A stretch of DNA of 64,000 nucleotides from Gemmatimonadaceae bacterium (GTDB lineage: Bacteria > Gemmatimonadota > Gemmatimonadetes > Gemmatimonadales > Gemmatimonadaceae): the NCBI GenBank assembly GCA_044224875.1, contig JBGAJQ010000016.1:1-64000 (forward strand), written 5' to 3'. Shown piece by piece: positions 19,616-29,267 of this stretch; the first letter of the stretch is position 1, and each line of letters opens with the position of its first letter. The position numbers and the translations under genes were made by a program. Below the pieces are notes generated by a model, which did not search any database, had not been told where the DNA came from, and saw only the letters and a program-made list of their open reading frames with translations.

Positions 19616-20389
19616 ATGGCCGCACGAAGCAGTGGAGAGATGCCCTTCCTCGATCACCTCGAGGAACTGCGCTGGCGTCTGATCTGGTCGCTCGCCGCGC
19701 TCGCTGTCGGGTTCGGGATCGGTTGGTGGATTCTGACCAGCACGGACATCTTCGCGTTGTTGGAGAAGCCGATCGCGCCGTTCCTGCACGGGAAGAAGCT
19801 GGTTTATACGCACCCGGCGGACACGTTTCGCATCCTGATGAGCGGGGCGCTTGCCGTGGGAACCGTGCTCGCCCTCCCGGTTATAGGATACCAGATCTGG
19901 GCCTTCCTTTCGCCCGCCCTGTATCGCCACGAAAAAAAGGTAGTCATTCCGGTGCTGTTGGTCGGCACGCTGTTGTTCATGTGCGGCGTGGCGTTGTGCT
20001 TTTACGTCATCCTTCCGCTCACGTTAGGCGTGCTGCTCGGCATCCAGTCGGATTACATCGAACCGATGATCACGGTTCAGGAGTACTTTGATTTTGCGAT
20101 CACGTTCTGTTTGGGCATGGGAGCTGTCTTTGAGCTGCCGATCGTGATCGTGGCGTTGACTGCATTGGGCGTTGTCACGCCGGCGTTTCTGGCGAGGTTC
20201 CGACGGCACGCCGTGGTGTTGTGCCTCGTGGGTGCGGCCTTCATCACGCCGGGCGCCGATCCGTTCTCCTTGTTCGCGCTGGCGGTGCCCTTGTATCTGC
20301 TCTACGAGGTGTCGGTCGGGGCGTCCTGGTTCATTCACCGGCGCCGCCTGCGTCGTCAGGCGGCGGAAGGCGTCGGAGTGCCTGCGTGA
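19616..20389 (+). CDS. tatC: Twin-arginine translocase TatC
   Basis: MPFLDHLEELRWRL, YQIWAFLSPALY, FELP, ITPGAD and LYEVS. Confidence 0.96.
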   Translation: MAARSSGEMPFLDHLEELRWRLIWSLAALAVGFGIGWWILTSTDIFALLEKPIAPFLHGKKLVYTHPADTFRILMSGALAVGTVLALPVIGYQIWAFLSPALYRHEKKVVIPVLLVGTLLFMCGVALCFYVILPLTLGVLLGIQSDYIEPMITVQEYFDFAITFCLGMGAVFELPIVIVALTALGVVTPAFLARFRRHAVVLCLVGAAFITPGADPFSLFALAVPLYLLYEVSVGASWFIHRRRLRRQAAEGVGVPA

Positions 20390-23300
20390 TCAATTGGTGG
20401 AGGCGGTGGGGAGCGCCGGTGGTTCGCATGGCACTGCTCGCCAGCGCCCTTTCATGCCTCGGAACCGGCGCCCTGCAGGCGCAGGTGAAGTCGAGCAAGG
20501 CCAAGGCTGATTCCATCGCGAAAGCCAGAGCAGACTCGATCGCCAAGGCCAGACTCGATTCGCTCGCAAAGGCTCGCAGCGATTCCGTGGCCCGTGCCAA
20601 GGCGGATTCGGTGCAGAGGAAGGCAGCCGCCGACTCCGTTGCGAAGAAGCTCGCGGCCGACGCGGCGAAGGCGCGACGAGACTCGATTGCTGCGAACACG
20701 CCGCCGGACACGCTTCGCCTCAAGGCGGATTCGATCCGCGCCCTCAGCGACTCGGCCCTCGGTAAGCGAAAGCCGGGCGACACGACAACCGTCAAGCGGA
20801 CCGTCACGTGGACGCAGCCAGACTCCGTGATGATGGCACTGCTCTCGCGACCGGGATTCGCCGTTACCCGTTACGAGGGCAAGCACGTCGAGTTTCGGAC
20901 CAAGGAGCACACGATCTACCTGAAGGGAAGGCCGTCGCAGGTTGAACGTGACTCGGCGACGCTGGTGGGCGACACGATCCGATTCAATGACTCGACCAAG
21001 GTCATCATCGCCACCGGGGACACGTTGCTCCTACGCGATCCCGCGCAGGGGCAGGACGACATCGAGGCACTGGGGCTCCTGCAATACGACGTGGATGCGC
21101 GTCGAGGCATCGTGCGCAACGTCACCACCACCGTAGAGAGCGGACAGCGATGGGTCGTGCACGGCGACGTGGCCGCGTTCAAGGGAGACACGAACTCCGT
21201 CGACTCGAAGACGGCGTTCTACGCGCGAAACGGATGGCTCACGAGTTGTACGGAGACTTCGCCGCACTATCACTTCCAGGCGCGCGAAATGAAGCTCGTC
21301 TCCAAGAACATCATGGTAGCCCGGCCCGCGATCCTGTACATCGCAGACATACCGGTCGCCTGGCTTCCGTTCGTGTTCCAGGACATGCGATCGGGGCGAC
21401 GCAGTGGGATCATCCCGCCACGGTTCGGATTCAGCGACCTGGTTCGCAACAGCACGTCGTATCGGCGAACGATCGAAGACCTCGGCTACTACTTCGCCCT
21501 GTCCGACTACGTGGATCTCCAGACTTCGATGGATTGGCGTTCGGACGCGGGTTCGACCGCTACCGATCCGGGATGGCTACGAGGCAAGGCGCTGCTTCAG
21601 TACCACTGGCTCGATCGATTCATCGAGGGAAACGTCGGGCTCTCGTATCACTACCTGCGCAACGGGGACACCAACAAGGAATTCTCGTTGATGCACAAGC
21701 AGGACTTTTCGCAGCGCACGCACCTGACGGCGGACCTGCGCTACATGACCAACACGACGGTCCAGCGAAACACGACGTTCAATCCGTACTTGGCACTGGG
21801 CACCATCTCGTCGCGGCTGAACTTCAGCACGGGGCGGGGACCATTTTCGCTATCGCTGGGCGGCGCCCAGACGCAGTACCCAGGGCGCGACGAGATCGTT
21901 CAGGACTTTCCGACGCTCGGTATTACCTCCAAACCAATCAAGGTCGGCGAATGGCTGACGTGGACGCCGTCGTTCCAGTCGTCGTCGAACCGGCGCCTGC
22001 ACATCGATCAGGTCGGGGACTTTGCCTACAACGTCTTTCGTCGGCCCGACGGGACGCTGGACAGCACGAAGGTGAATCGCGACAGCTACAACAGCCGGAT
22101 CTCCTTTGATACGCCGCTGCAGATCTTCGGTTTCAACTGGCGTAACTCGTTCAACCTGCAGGACCGGATCAACGATTTTCCGGAGCGGCGAACGATCTAT
22201 CAGTCGCCATCGGACACGTCCAACAAGGTCGTGCGCGTATACAAGCGGACCTACGTGACGGACTTCAACTGGGAGACCAGCTTCAGCCTGCCACGCTTTG
22301 GGCAGGGGAAGTGGAACATCGGTCCGAGTGTGCAATTCCAGAAAATCGACGGACGATCGGGACTGTTCGTGCGTTCCGAGCGCACCGGCGGAAAGTGGGT
22401 GGGGCAGGGACTGCGCCCCGCGGTCGGACTCTCGATGTCACCGACGTTCTATGCGTTCCTTCCGGGGTTCGGCCCCCTGGCGCGCATCCGGCATTCGGTC
22501 CAGACAAGTCTCTCGTACGCGTACACACCCGCCAGCAAGATCTCCGACGAGTTCTTGGCAGCCAACGGCGACACACGCGTCGGCTATTTGGGCGACAAGA
22601 CCCGCAATACGGTATCGCTGTCGTTCAACACGGTGTTCGAGGCAAAGCTGAAGAGCGACGAGCCCGACTCATTGAGCACCACGGCCAGCAGCCAGCGCAA
22701 TAATTCTTCGAAGCTCAAACTCCTCTCGGTCAATTTCACGTCGCTGTCCTGGGACTTCGAACGCGCGCGACTCACGCACAAGACCGGTCTGTCCGAGCGA
22801 AACTTCGGGTACAGCATTCGTTCCGACCTGCTGCCGGGGATCGATTTCGGGTCGGACTACTCCCTCTTCCAAGGCGACCCGATCAGCGACACGGCAGTGT
22901 TCAAGCCGTATCGTGAGTCACTCCGCGGCAGTTTCTCGCTGAACTCGAACTCTGGCTTGGTGAAGGCCATCGCGCGATTGCTCGGCTTCCGGGCGGACAC
23001 CTCTACGCGACCTGATACGTCGGAGGACTCACGGTCGCTCTCCAGCCGAATTGGGGGCGGGCCACCGAATCCCAACAACTTCCGCGCCGGACAGCCCATC
23101 GCCGGCAGCATCAACGGTGCGTCCGGGCTTCAAATCCCATCCGGGCAAGGTTGGCAACTCAGCTTGCAGTACACGGCCAACCGCCAGCGACCGCCGGTCG
23201 GAACCGGTATCGTGGACGTCGATCCCACCGCCAAGTGCGATCAGTTCAAGAGCGTGGACCCGTTCACGTACCAGCTGTGCGTGAATCAATACGCGACGCA

Positions 23301-23649
23301 AGCGTCGAGCAATTCGACGCAGTTCGAGAACACCACACGCGGCGGAACATTCTTCCGCGTGCCGCCGCAGCAGAGCATGTCGGGGTCGATGTCGTTCCAC
23401 ATCACCGACAAGTGGGCGGCGCAGTGGAGCACGACATACGATTTCGTGGCAAAGGACTTCGCCAGCCAGGTCGTCTCACTTCAGCGGGAATTGCACGACT
23501 GGGATGCCGTTTTCGCCTTCACGAAGGCGCCGAACGGCAACTTCGCGTTCAACTTCTTCATCGCGCTCAAGGCAGAGCCGGACCTGAAGTTCAACTACGA
23601 TCGCCGCGACTATCCGCGCGGCTACACGGGCGCTCGACTCTCTCAATAG
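20386..23649 (+). CDS. Putative LPS-assembly outer membrane protein (LptD-like)
   Basis: Signal peptide, TSC...PHYHF motif, PVAWLPF...RRSGIIPPRFG, beta-strand-rich body and SLQRELHDW C-terminus. Confidence 0.75.
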   Translation: MINWWRRWGAPVVRMALLASALSCLGTGALQAQVKSSKAKADSIAKARADSIAKARLDSLAKARSDSVARAKADSVQRKAAADSVAKKLAADAAKARRDSIAANTPPDTLRLKADSIRALSDSALGKRKPGDTTTVKRTVTWTQPDSVMMALLSRPGFAVTRYEGKHVEFRTKEHTIYLKGRPSQVERDSATLVGDTIRFNDSTKVIIATGDTLLLRDPAQGQDDIEALGLLQYDVDARRGIVRNVTTTVESGQRWVVHGDVAAFKGDTNSVDSKTAFYARNGWLTSCTETSPHYHFQAREMKLVSKNIMVARPAILYIADIPVAWLPFVFQDMRSGRRSGIIPPRFGFSDLVRNSTSYRRTIEDLGYYFALSDYVDLQTSMDWRSDAGSTATDPGWLRGKALLQYHWLDRFIEGNVGLSYHYLRNGDTNKEFSLMHKQDFSQRTHLTADLRYMTNTTVQRNTTFNPYLALGTISSRLNFSTGRGPFSLSLGGAQTQYPGRDEIVQDFPTLGITSKPIKVGEWLTWTPSFQSSSNRRLHIDQVGDFAYNVFRRPDGTLDSTKVNRDSYNSRISFDTPLQIFGFNWRNSFNLQDRINDFPERRTIYQSPSDTSNKVVRVYKRTYVTDFNWETSFSLPRFGQGKWNIGPSVQFQKIDGRSGLFVRSERTGGKWVGQGLRPAVGLSMSPTFYAFLPGFGPLARIRHSVQTSLSYAYTPASKISDEFLAANGDTRVGYLGDKTRNTVSLSFNTVFEAKLKSDEPDSLSTTASSQRNNSSKLKLLSVNFTSLSWDFERARLTHKTGLSERNFGYSIRSDLLPGIDFGSDYSLFQGDPISDTAVFKPYRESLRGSFSLNSNSGLVKAIARLLGFRADTSTRPDTSEDSRSLSSRIGGGPPNPNNFRAGQPIAGSINGASGLQIPSGQGWQLSLQYTANRQRPPVGTGIVDVDPTAKCDQFKSVDPFTYQLCVNQYATQASSNSTQFENTTRGGTFFRVPPQQSMSGSMSFHITDKWAAQWSTTYDFVAKDFASQVVSLQRELHDWDAVFAFTKAPNGNFAFNFFIALKAEPDLKFNYDRRDYPRGYTGARLSQ
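20494..20613 (+). repeat. Degenerate 24-nt (8-aa) coding tandem repeat AKARxDS[I/L/V], about 5 copies
   Basis: SKAKADSI-AKARADSI-AKARLDSL-AKARSDSV-ARAKADSV; protein conserved while codons diverge. Confidence 0.8.
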
Positions 23650-23690
23650 CCGCCCTTGAATTGGGGGCGCGCCCGTTGGACCTTTCCGCC

Positions 23691-25204
23691 ATGACGCTTT
23701 CGACCGTGGTGGATGGCCGTTCGCTCAGCGTGGCGAGCGTGTGCCAAGTAGCGCGTGGCGGCGCGAAGGTCACGATTTCCGACGACGTTCGCGCCCAAGT
23801 GCGCCGGGCACGGGCCATCGTGGATGCGGCAGTCGCCGAGAATCGCGCCGTGTACGGAGTGACCACGGGGTTCGGCAAGATGTCCGACGTAGCGATCCCG
23901 CCGCATCGTCAGGCCGAGCTCCAGTTGAATCTCATTCGGAGTCACGTGGTTGGCGTGGGACCCCTGCTTCCAGAAGCGGAAGTGCGGGCGATGATGCTCC
24001 TGCGCGCCAACGTGCTCGCCAAGGGTCACACGGGCGCGAGGCTCGAAGTGTTGGAGCTGCTGGTGGCCATGTTGAATGCCGGCCTCTTTCCCGCCGTGCC
24101 GGAACAGGGGAGTGTGGGCGCATCCGGCGACCTGGCACCGCTGGCGCACCTCGCCATTACGCTGCTTGGAGAAGGTGAACTGTGCCACGGATCGACACGT
24201 GGCCCAGCCGCCGATATGCTGCGCGCGCGTGGCCTGTCACCAATAACCCTCCAACCGAAGGAGGGCGTGGGACTGATCAACGGGACGCAGGCCCACACCG
24301 CGATTGCCACGCTGGCACTCGATGATGCGCGAACGCTGTGGGCGACGGCGCAGGTTGCCGGCGCGTCATCCCTCGAGGCCCTGAAAGGAACGCCGGTAGC
24401 TTTCGACGCGCGAATTCACGCGGCGCGTGGTCAACTAGGGCAGCAAACGTCCGCCGCCTCTTTCCTTCGATTGCTGGCGGACAGCGAGATTCGCGAGTCC
24501 CATCGGCACAACGATCCGCGCGTGATGCCTATGCGTTGCGGTGCATGCCTCAGGTGCACGGGCCCGTGTGGGACGCGCTGGAGCATGCCACGTCGGTCAT
24601 CTCGCGCGAGCTGAACGCAGCCACGGACAACCCGCTGGTGTTTGACACCGGTGAAATGCTGAGCGGCGGCAACTTTCACGGGCAGGCCGTTGCGATGGTG
24701 CTCGACTTCATGGCCATTGCGCTCACGAACCTCGCCGTCATTTCGGAGCGGCGCATCGATCGGCTCGTGCACCCTGACCTGAACGAGGGGCTGCCGCCGT
24801 TCCTGACGAAGGACGCCGGCGTCAGCTCAGGACTGATGATGGCGCAGGTGACCGCCGCCGCCGTGACGAGCGAGTGCAAGGTGCTCTCTCACCCAGCCAG
24901 TGTCGACTCCATCCCCACCGACGGCTCGAAAGAGGACGTGGTGCCCATGGCGATGGGCGCGGCGTTGAAGCCGCGTCGCATCGTCCAAAACGTGCGACAC
25001 GTGCTGGCGATTGAACTCCTCTGCGCGAGCCAGGCCCTGGACTTTCGTCGACCCTTGCGCGCCGGCGTGGGTGTTGAGCGCGCCTACGCCAAGGTGCGTG
25101 GTGTAGTGTCGTTCATGGACCAGGACCGCATGATCTCGCCGGACATCGCGGCAATTGCCACGCTGATTTCCCAAGGTGCATTTCGCGGGATCGATGAAAC
25201 CTAA
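23691..25204 (+). CDS. hutH: Histidine ammonia-lyase (one frameshift near 24523, probably an assembly error)
   Basis: [23 protein letters not shown] (MIO-forming ASG) and KEGVGLING; continues in a second frame with [19 protein letters not shown] and GGNFHG. Confidence 0.92.
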
Positions 25205-25248
25205 CGCTTGGAGATGCCGGCCGAACGCCGCGTCGTGCATACGGACTC

Positions 25249-26897
25249 ATGACAACTGAACTCGCGCCATCGCCAAGCGTATCTGGTCCGCGCCCCGTGC
25301 GCGCGCCGCGTGGAAGCCAGCTTTCCTGCCGTGGTTGGCAGCAGGAGGCCGCATTACGGATGTTGATGAACAACCTGGACCCCGAGGTCGCCGAGCGTCC
25401 GGACGATCTGGTGGTGTACGGGGGGACAGGTCGCGCGGCACGCTCCTGGGAGGCGTTCGACGCCATCGTCCGCACACTGCAGTCGCTGGACGCCGACGAG
25501 ACGCTGCTGGTGCAGAGCGGAAAGCCTGTCGCGGTGTTCCGTACACACGCCTCCGCCCCTCGGGTACTGATTGCCAACAGCAACTTGGTGGGACGTTGGG
25601 CAACCTGGGACGTTTCTGCGATTTGAGCGGAAGGGCTCATCACGATGTACGGCCAAATGACGGCCGGGTCGTGGATTTACATTGGCTCGCAGGTCCAGGG
25701 GAACGTATGAAACGTTTGGCGCCAGGGCCGCGTCCTGCGCTCGCCGGCCGTCGCTTACCGCTGGACTCGGCGGCATGGGCGGAGCCTGCGCCACTCTGCC
25801 GCGACGATGAGCGTGGAGCTGTTATCTCCCGCCGGGAAGTCGACGAGTCGCGCATCGACAAGGGACTCGCCACACGATATTGCGATCGCAAGACCAGTAG
25901 TCTGGACGAAGCGCTGGCGTGGATATCCGAGGCCGTGAGTGGCAAGCAGGCGCTGTCGGTCGGTCTGGTCGGCAATGCGGCCGAAGTACTGCCGGAGCTC
26001 GTGCGGCGGAAAAACCCTGATGTAGTGCATCGACCAGACCAGCGCGCACGATACGCTAAACGGCTATGTCCCGCACGGCATGACGTTGGCCCGTTTACGC
26101 TTCGTTACCGGGCCGATCCGCAGGAATATTCCCGGCGGGCGGTGGGCTCGATCGTGCAGCACGTTCGCGCGATGTTGGAGCTGCAAGCGCGCGGCAGTGT
26201 CACGTTTGACTACGGAAACAACATTCGCACCGTGGCGCTCGACGCCATCAACCAACGCTGACTTCCCGTCTGTACCCGCTTACGTGCGTCCCCTCTTTTG
26301 TGAGGGGAAGGGGCCATTTCGTTGGGTCGCGCTCTCCGGTGACCCGCGCGACATACATCGGACCGATGAGTTGATCCTCGAACTGTTCCCGGACAACCTC
26401 CACCTACGCCGATGGATCACGTTGGCTCGTGAGCGCATCGCCTTTCAGGGGTTGCCAGCGCGCATCTGCTGGCTGGGGCAGGGCGAACGAGCACGATTTG
26501 GCGTGGCGCTGAATGATCTGGTGGCCACGGGAGAGCTCCCCGATCGTCATCGGGCGCGACCATCTGGACACCGGATCGGTGGCCTCGCCGTTCCGCGAGA
26601 CGGAGGGAATGAAGGACGGCTCCGACGCTATAGCGGATTGGGCGATCTTGAACGCTTTGTTGAATGTCGCCAGTGGCGCTTCGTGGGTGTCGTTTCATCA
26701 CGGGGGCGGCGCTGGGTTGGCAATTGTTGCACGCTGGCCGTGAGGCTGACGGAAGCCCGAGATGCGACTGCGGTTGCAGCGCGTGCTCACCAACGATCCC
26801 GGGATTGGCGTGGCTCGGCATGCCGACGCTGGCTACGACATCGCCGTGGAAATGGCGGCCCGCGAGGGTCTCCGACTTCCCATGTTGCGGCGCATAC
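25249..26897 (+). CDS. hutU: Urocanate hydratase (many indels; 3' end approximate)
   Basis: [59 protein letters not shown] and RHADAGY occur in order across shifting frames. Confidence 0.9.
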
Positions 26898-26920
26898 CAA
26901 CCTCGCTCTCGCGCAGCCAA

Positions 26921-27953
26921 CGCGCTGTCGTCCCGGTATCGACCCTATCACATCCCGTTGTTCATCGCGAAGTACGCGTCCCTCGTGATGCGCCGACGGC
27001 CCGTGCTGGTGCATTTCGAAGTCACGATGCGCTGCAACGCGCGGTGCGGCTTCTGCGACTACTGGAAGACGCCAACGAGCGCGCGAGACTCCGAGCTGGC
27101 CAGCTTCGCCGACGCCGCTCGGTTCTTCAACCCGGTCATGATCACCTTCACAGGAGGCGAGCCGCTCCTGCGACGTGACCTCGAGGACGTCGTGGCTTCC
27201 GTACGAGACGCCGTCGGTCTCACGTACCTCACGCTCATTACGCATGGCGCCATGCTCACCGTGGAGCGCGCGCAGTCCCTTTGGGATGCGGGAATCGGGC
27301 AGTTCAACATCTCCCTGGACTACCTGGATGGTCGCCACGACGCCGCACGTGGGATTCCGGGTCTCACCAGTCGCATCTTTTCGGCGGTGGAGTCCATGCG
27401 ATCCAGCGGGATCGATTCCGTCAGATTCAACACGGTGATCAAGAACGACAACCTGGACCAACTCCTCCCGATCGTGGAGCGAGCGGCGGAATTGGGGGTC
27501 GGGGTGAACTTCTCGCTCTATACCGACTTCAAGAACGGGAACACGCAGTACCGCATTGAACCGGACCACGTGACCCGTGTTTCGGAGGTGATTGGGGAGC
27601 TCCTGGCCTTCAAACGCCGTCGCCGTGGGATCATCACGTCGTCTGATCATTACCTGAGCGAGATCCCGCGATACCTCCGCAACGAGCGAACGGAACCGTG
27701 TGAATCGGGACGCCGGACCATCCATATCGATCCCACCGGGATGGTGAAGCGCTGTCCGGATTTTCCGACCGATGGGCACTGGTCGGCGTACGGCGGCTAT
27801 GCGCCGATTGCCTGCAATGCCTGCTTCTATGCGTGCCGAGGCGAGGCACAGGCACCCCTCCAGCTCTCCCGGGTCCGCGACGTGTTGGCTCTGGGTCGGG
27901 GGGTCGCACGCCCGGCGGTTGGCGCGCCCCCGGCCCCAGCGCTCGAGGCCTGA
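26921..27953 (+). CDS. Radical SAM protein with a C-terminal Cys-rich (twitch/SPASM-like) region; start uncertain
   Basis: CNARCGFC (CxxxCxxC), [13 protein letters not shown], then C...IHIDPTG..KRC and CNACFYAC. Confidence 0.88.
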
Positions 27954-27957
27954 CGTC

Positions 27958-29232
27958 GTGGAACCTAACGATCTGCTATTTACGAACTGCGCCCAGGTCG
28001 TCACCTGTGCTGGCCCGCCGCGGGCCCGTCGCGGTCACGAGCTGCAACAGCTGGGGATAATACCGGACGGGGCAGTCGTCGTCCGCGATGGCCGGGTGTT
28101 GGAGGTGGCGGCCCGTGGCGAACTGGAGCCACGTCATCCGGCGGCGGTCCCTGTGGATTGTCGCGGCGGCGTCCTGATCCCCGGGTTCGTCGATTCGCAT
28201 TCCCACGCGATTTTTGGCAAGCCGAGGTACGAGGAACAGGAGCTTCGGGCGTCCGGTCTGGACTACATGGAGATCGCCAAGCGTGGGGGTGGCATCCACA
28301 GTTCCGTCCGCGACCTGCGGGCTCGAAGCGAGGACGACCTCTTTCAACTGGCCCTCGGCCGGTTGCGGCGAATTGCGAGCTTCGGTACGACGACCATTGA
28401 AGTGAAGTCGGGATATGGACTTACGCTTGCCGACGAGATGAAAATGCTGCGCGTGATCGCAAGGTTGGCAGACGCGCTGACGCTGCGCCTCGTTCCGACC
28501 TTCCTTGGCGCGCATGAAATCCCCCTCGAAGCCCGCGCAACTCCGTCCGGTCGTTCCGATTACGTGGCCTCGCTCGTCCAAGAGATGATTCCGCAAGTGG
28601 CGTCCACGAGGCTGGCCCGATTTGTTGACGTGTTCTGCGAACCGGGTGTGTTCACCGTGGACGAGACGCGCACGATCCTGTCGTGCGCCAAGCGACTGGG
28701 GTTGTTGCTGAAGGTGCATGCCGATGAACTCCGTCCGTCGGGCGGCGCGGAGTTGGCTGCATCGTTAGGCGCAACGTCGGCCGACCATCTGGCGGCGATC
28801 TCGGGGGAGGGCGTTCGGGCGTTGGCGGAGTCCGCGACGGTTGCGACACTGCTGCCAGGCACGATGTTGTTCCTCGGAAAGGATCGGCAGGCGCCGGCGC
28901 GCGCGCTACTCGAGGCGGGTGCGGCCGTTGCTCTGGCGACTGATTTCAATCCTGGCACATCTCCGACAGTCAATTTTCCGCTCATCCTCACGCTCGCGGT
29001 CAGCCAACTTCGCATGTCTGTGTCCGAAGCCCTCCTTGCCGCCACCGTGAACGGGGCCGCCGCGCTGGATCTGGCGTCCCGCACCGGCCAGCTCGCTCCG
29101 GGGTTTTCGGCCGATCTTGCCTTGTTTGACATCGGCGACGTTCGGGAGCTGCCGTATTGGTACGGCGACCGTCGCTGCCGCGCCACTTGGGTGCGCGGTG
29201 TGCCCTGTCACGTCGACACGTCCGTCGCGTGA
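27958..29232 (+). CDS. hutI: Imidazolonepropionase
   Basis: PGFVDSHSH, GTTTIEVKSGYG, FLGAH, DVFCE, HADE, SADHL and ATDFNPG. Confidence 0.95.
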   Translation: MEPNDLLFTNCAQVVTCAGPPRARRGHELQQLGIIPDGAVVVRDGRVLEVAARGELEPRHPAAVPVDCRGGVLIPGFVDSHSHAIFGKPRYEEQELRASGLDYMEIAKRGGGIHSSVRDLRARSEDDLFQLALGRLRRIASFGTTTIEVKSGYGLTLADEMKMLRVIARLADALTLRLVPTFLGAHEIPLEARATPSGRSDYVASLVQEMIPQVASTRLARFVDVFCEPGVFTVDETRTILSCAKRLGLLLKVHADELRPSGGAELAASLGATSADHLAAISGEGVRALAESATVATLLPGTMLFLGKDRQAPARALLEAGAAVALATDFNPGTSPTVNFPLILTLAVSQLRMSVSEALLAATVNGAAALDLASRTGQLAPGFSADLALFDIGDVRELPYWYGDRRCRATWVRGVPCHVDTSVA

Positions 29233-29267
29233 TCGCTTCCTGCTCGGATACGCCGTAACCCGCGCGC

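Noticed and set aside
24515..24535. Programmed frameshift in hutH or in the TPR gene near 38100
   Set aside because: No slippery heptamer is visible, conserved residues are physically missing, and similar damage occurs in secA.
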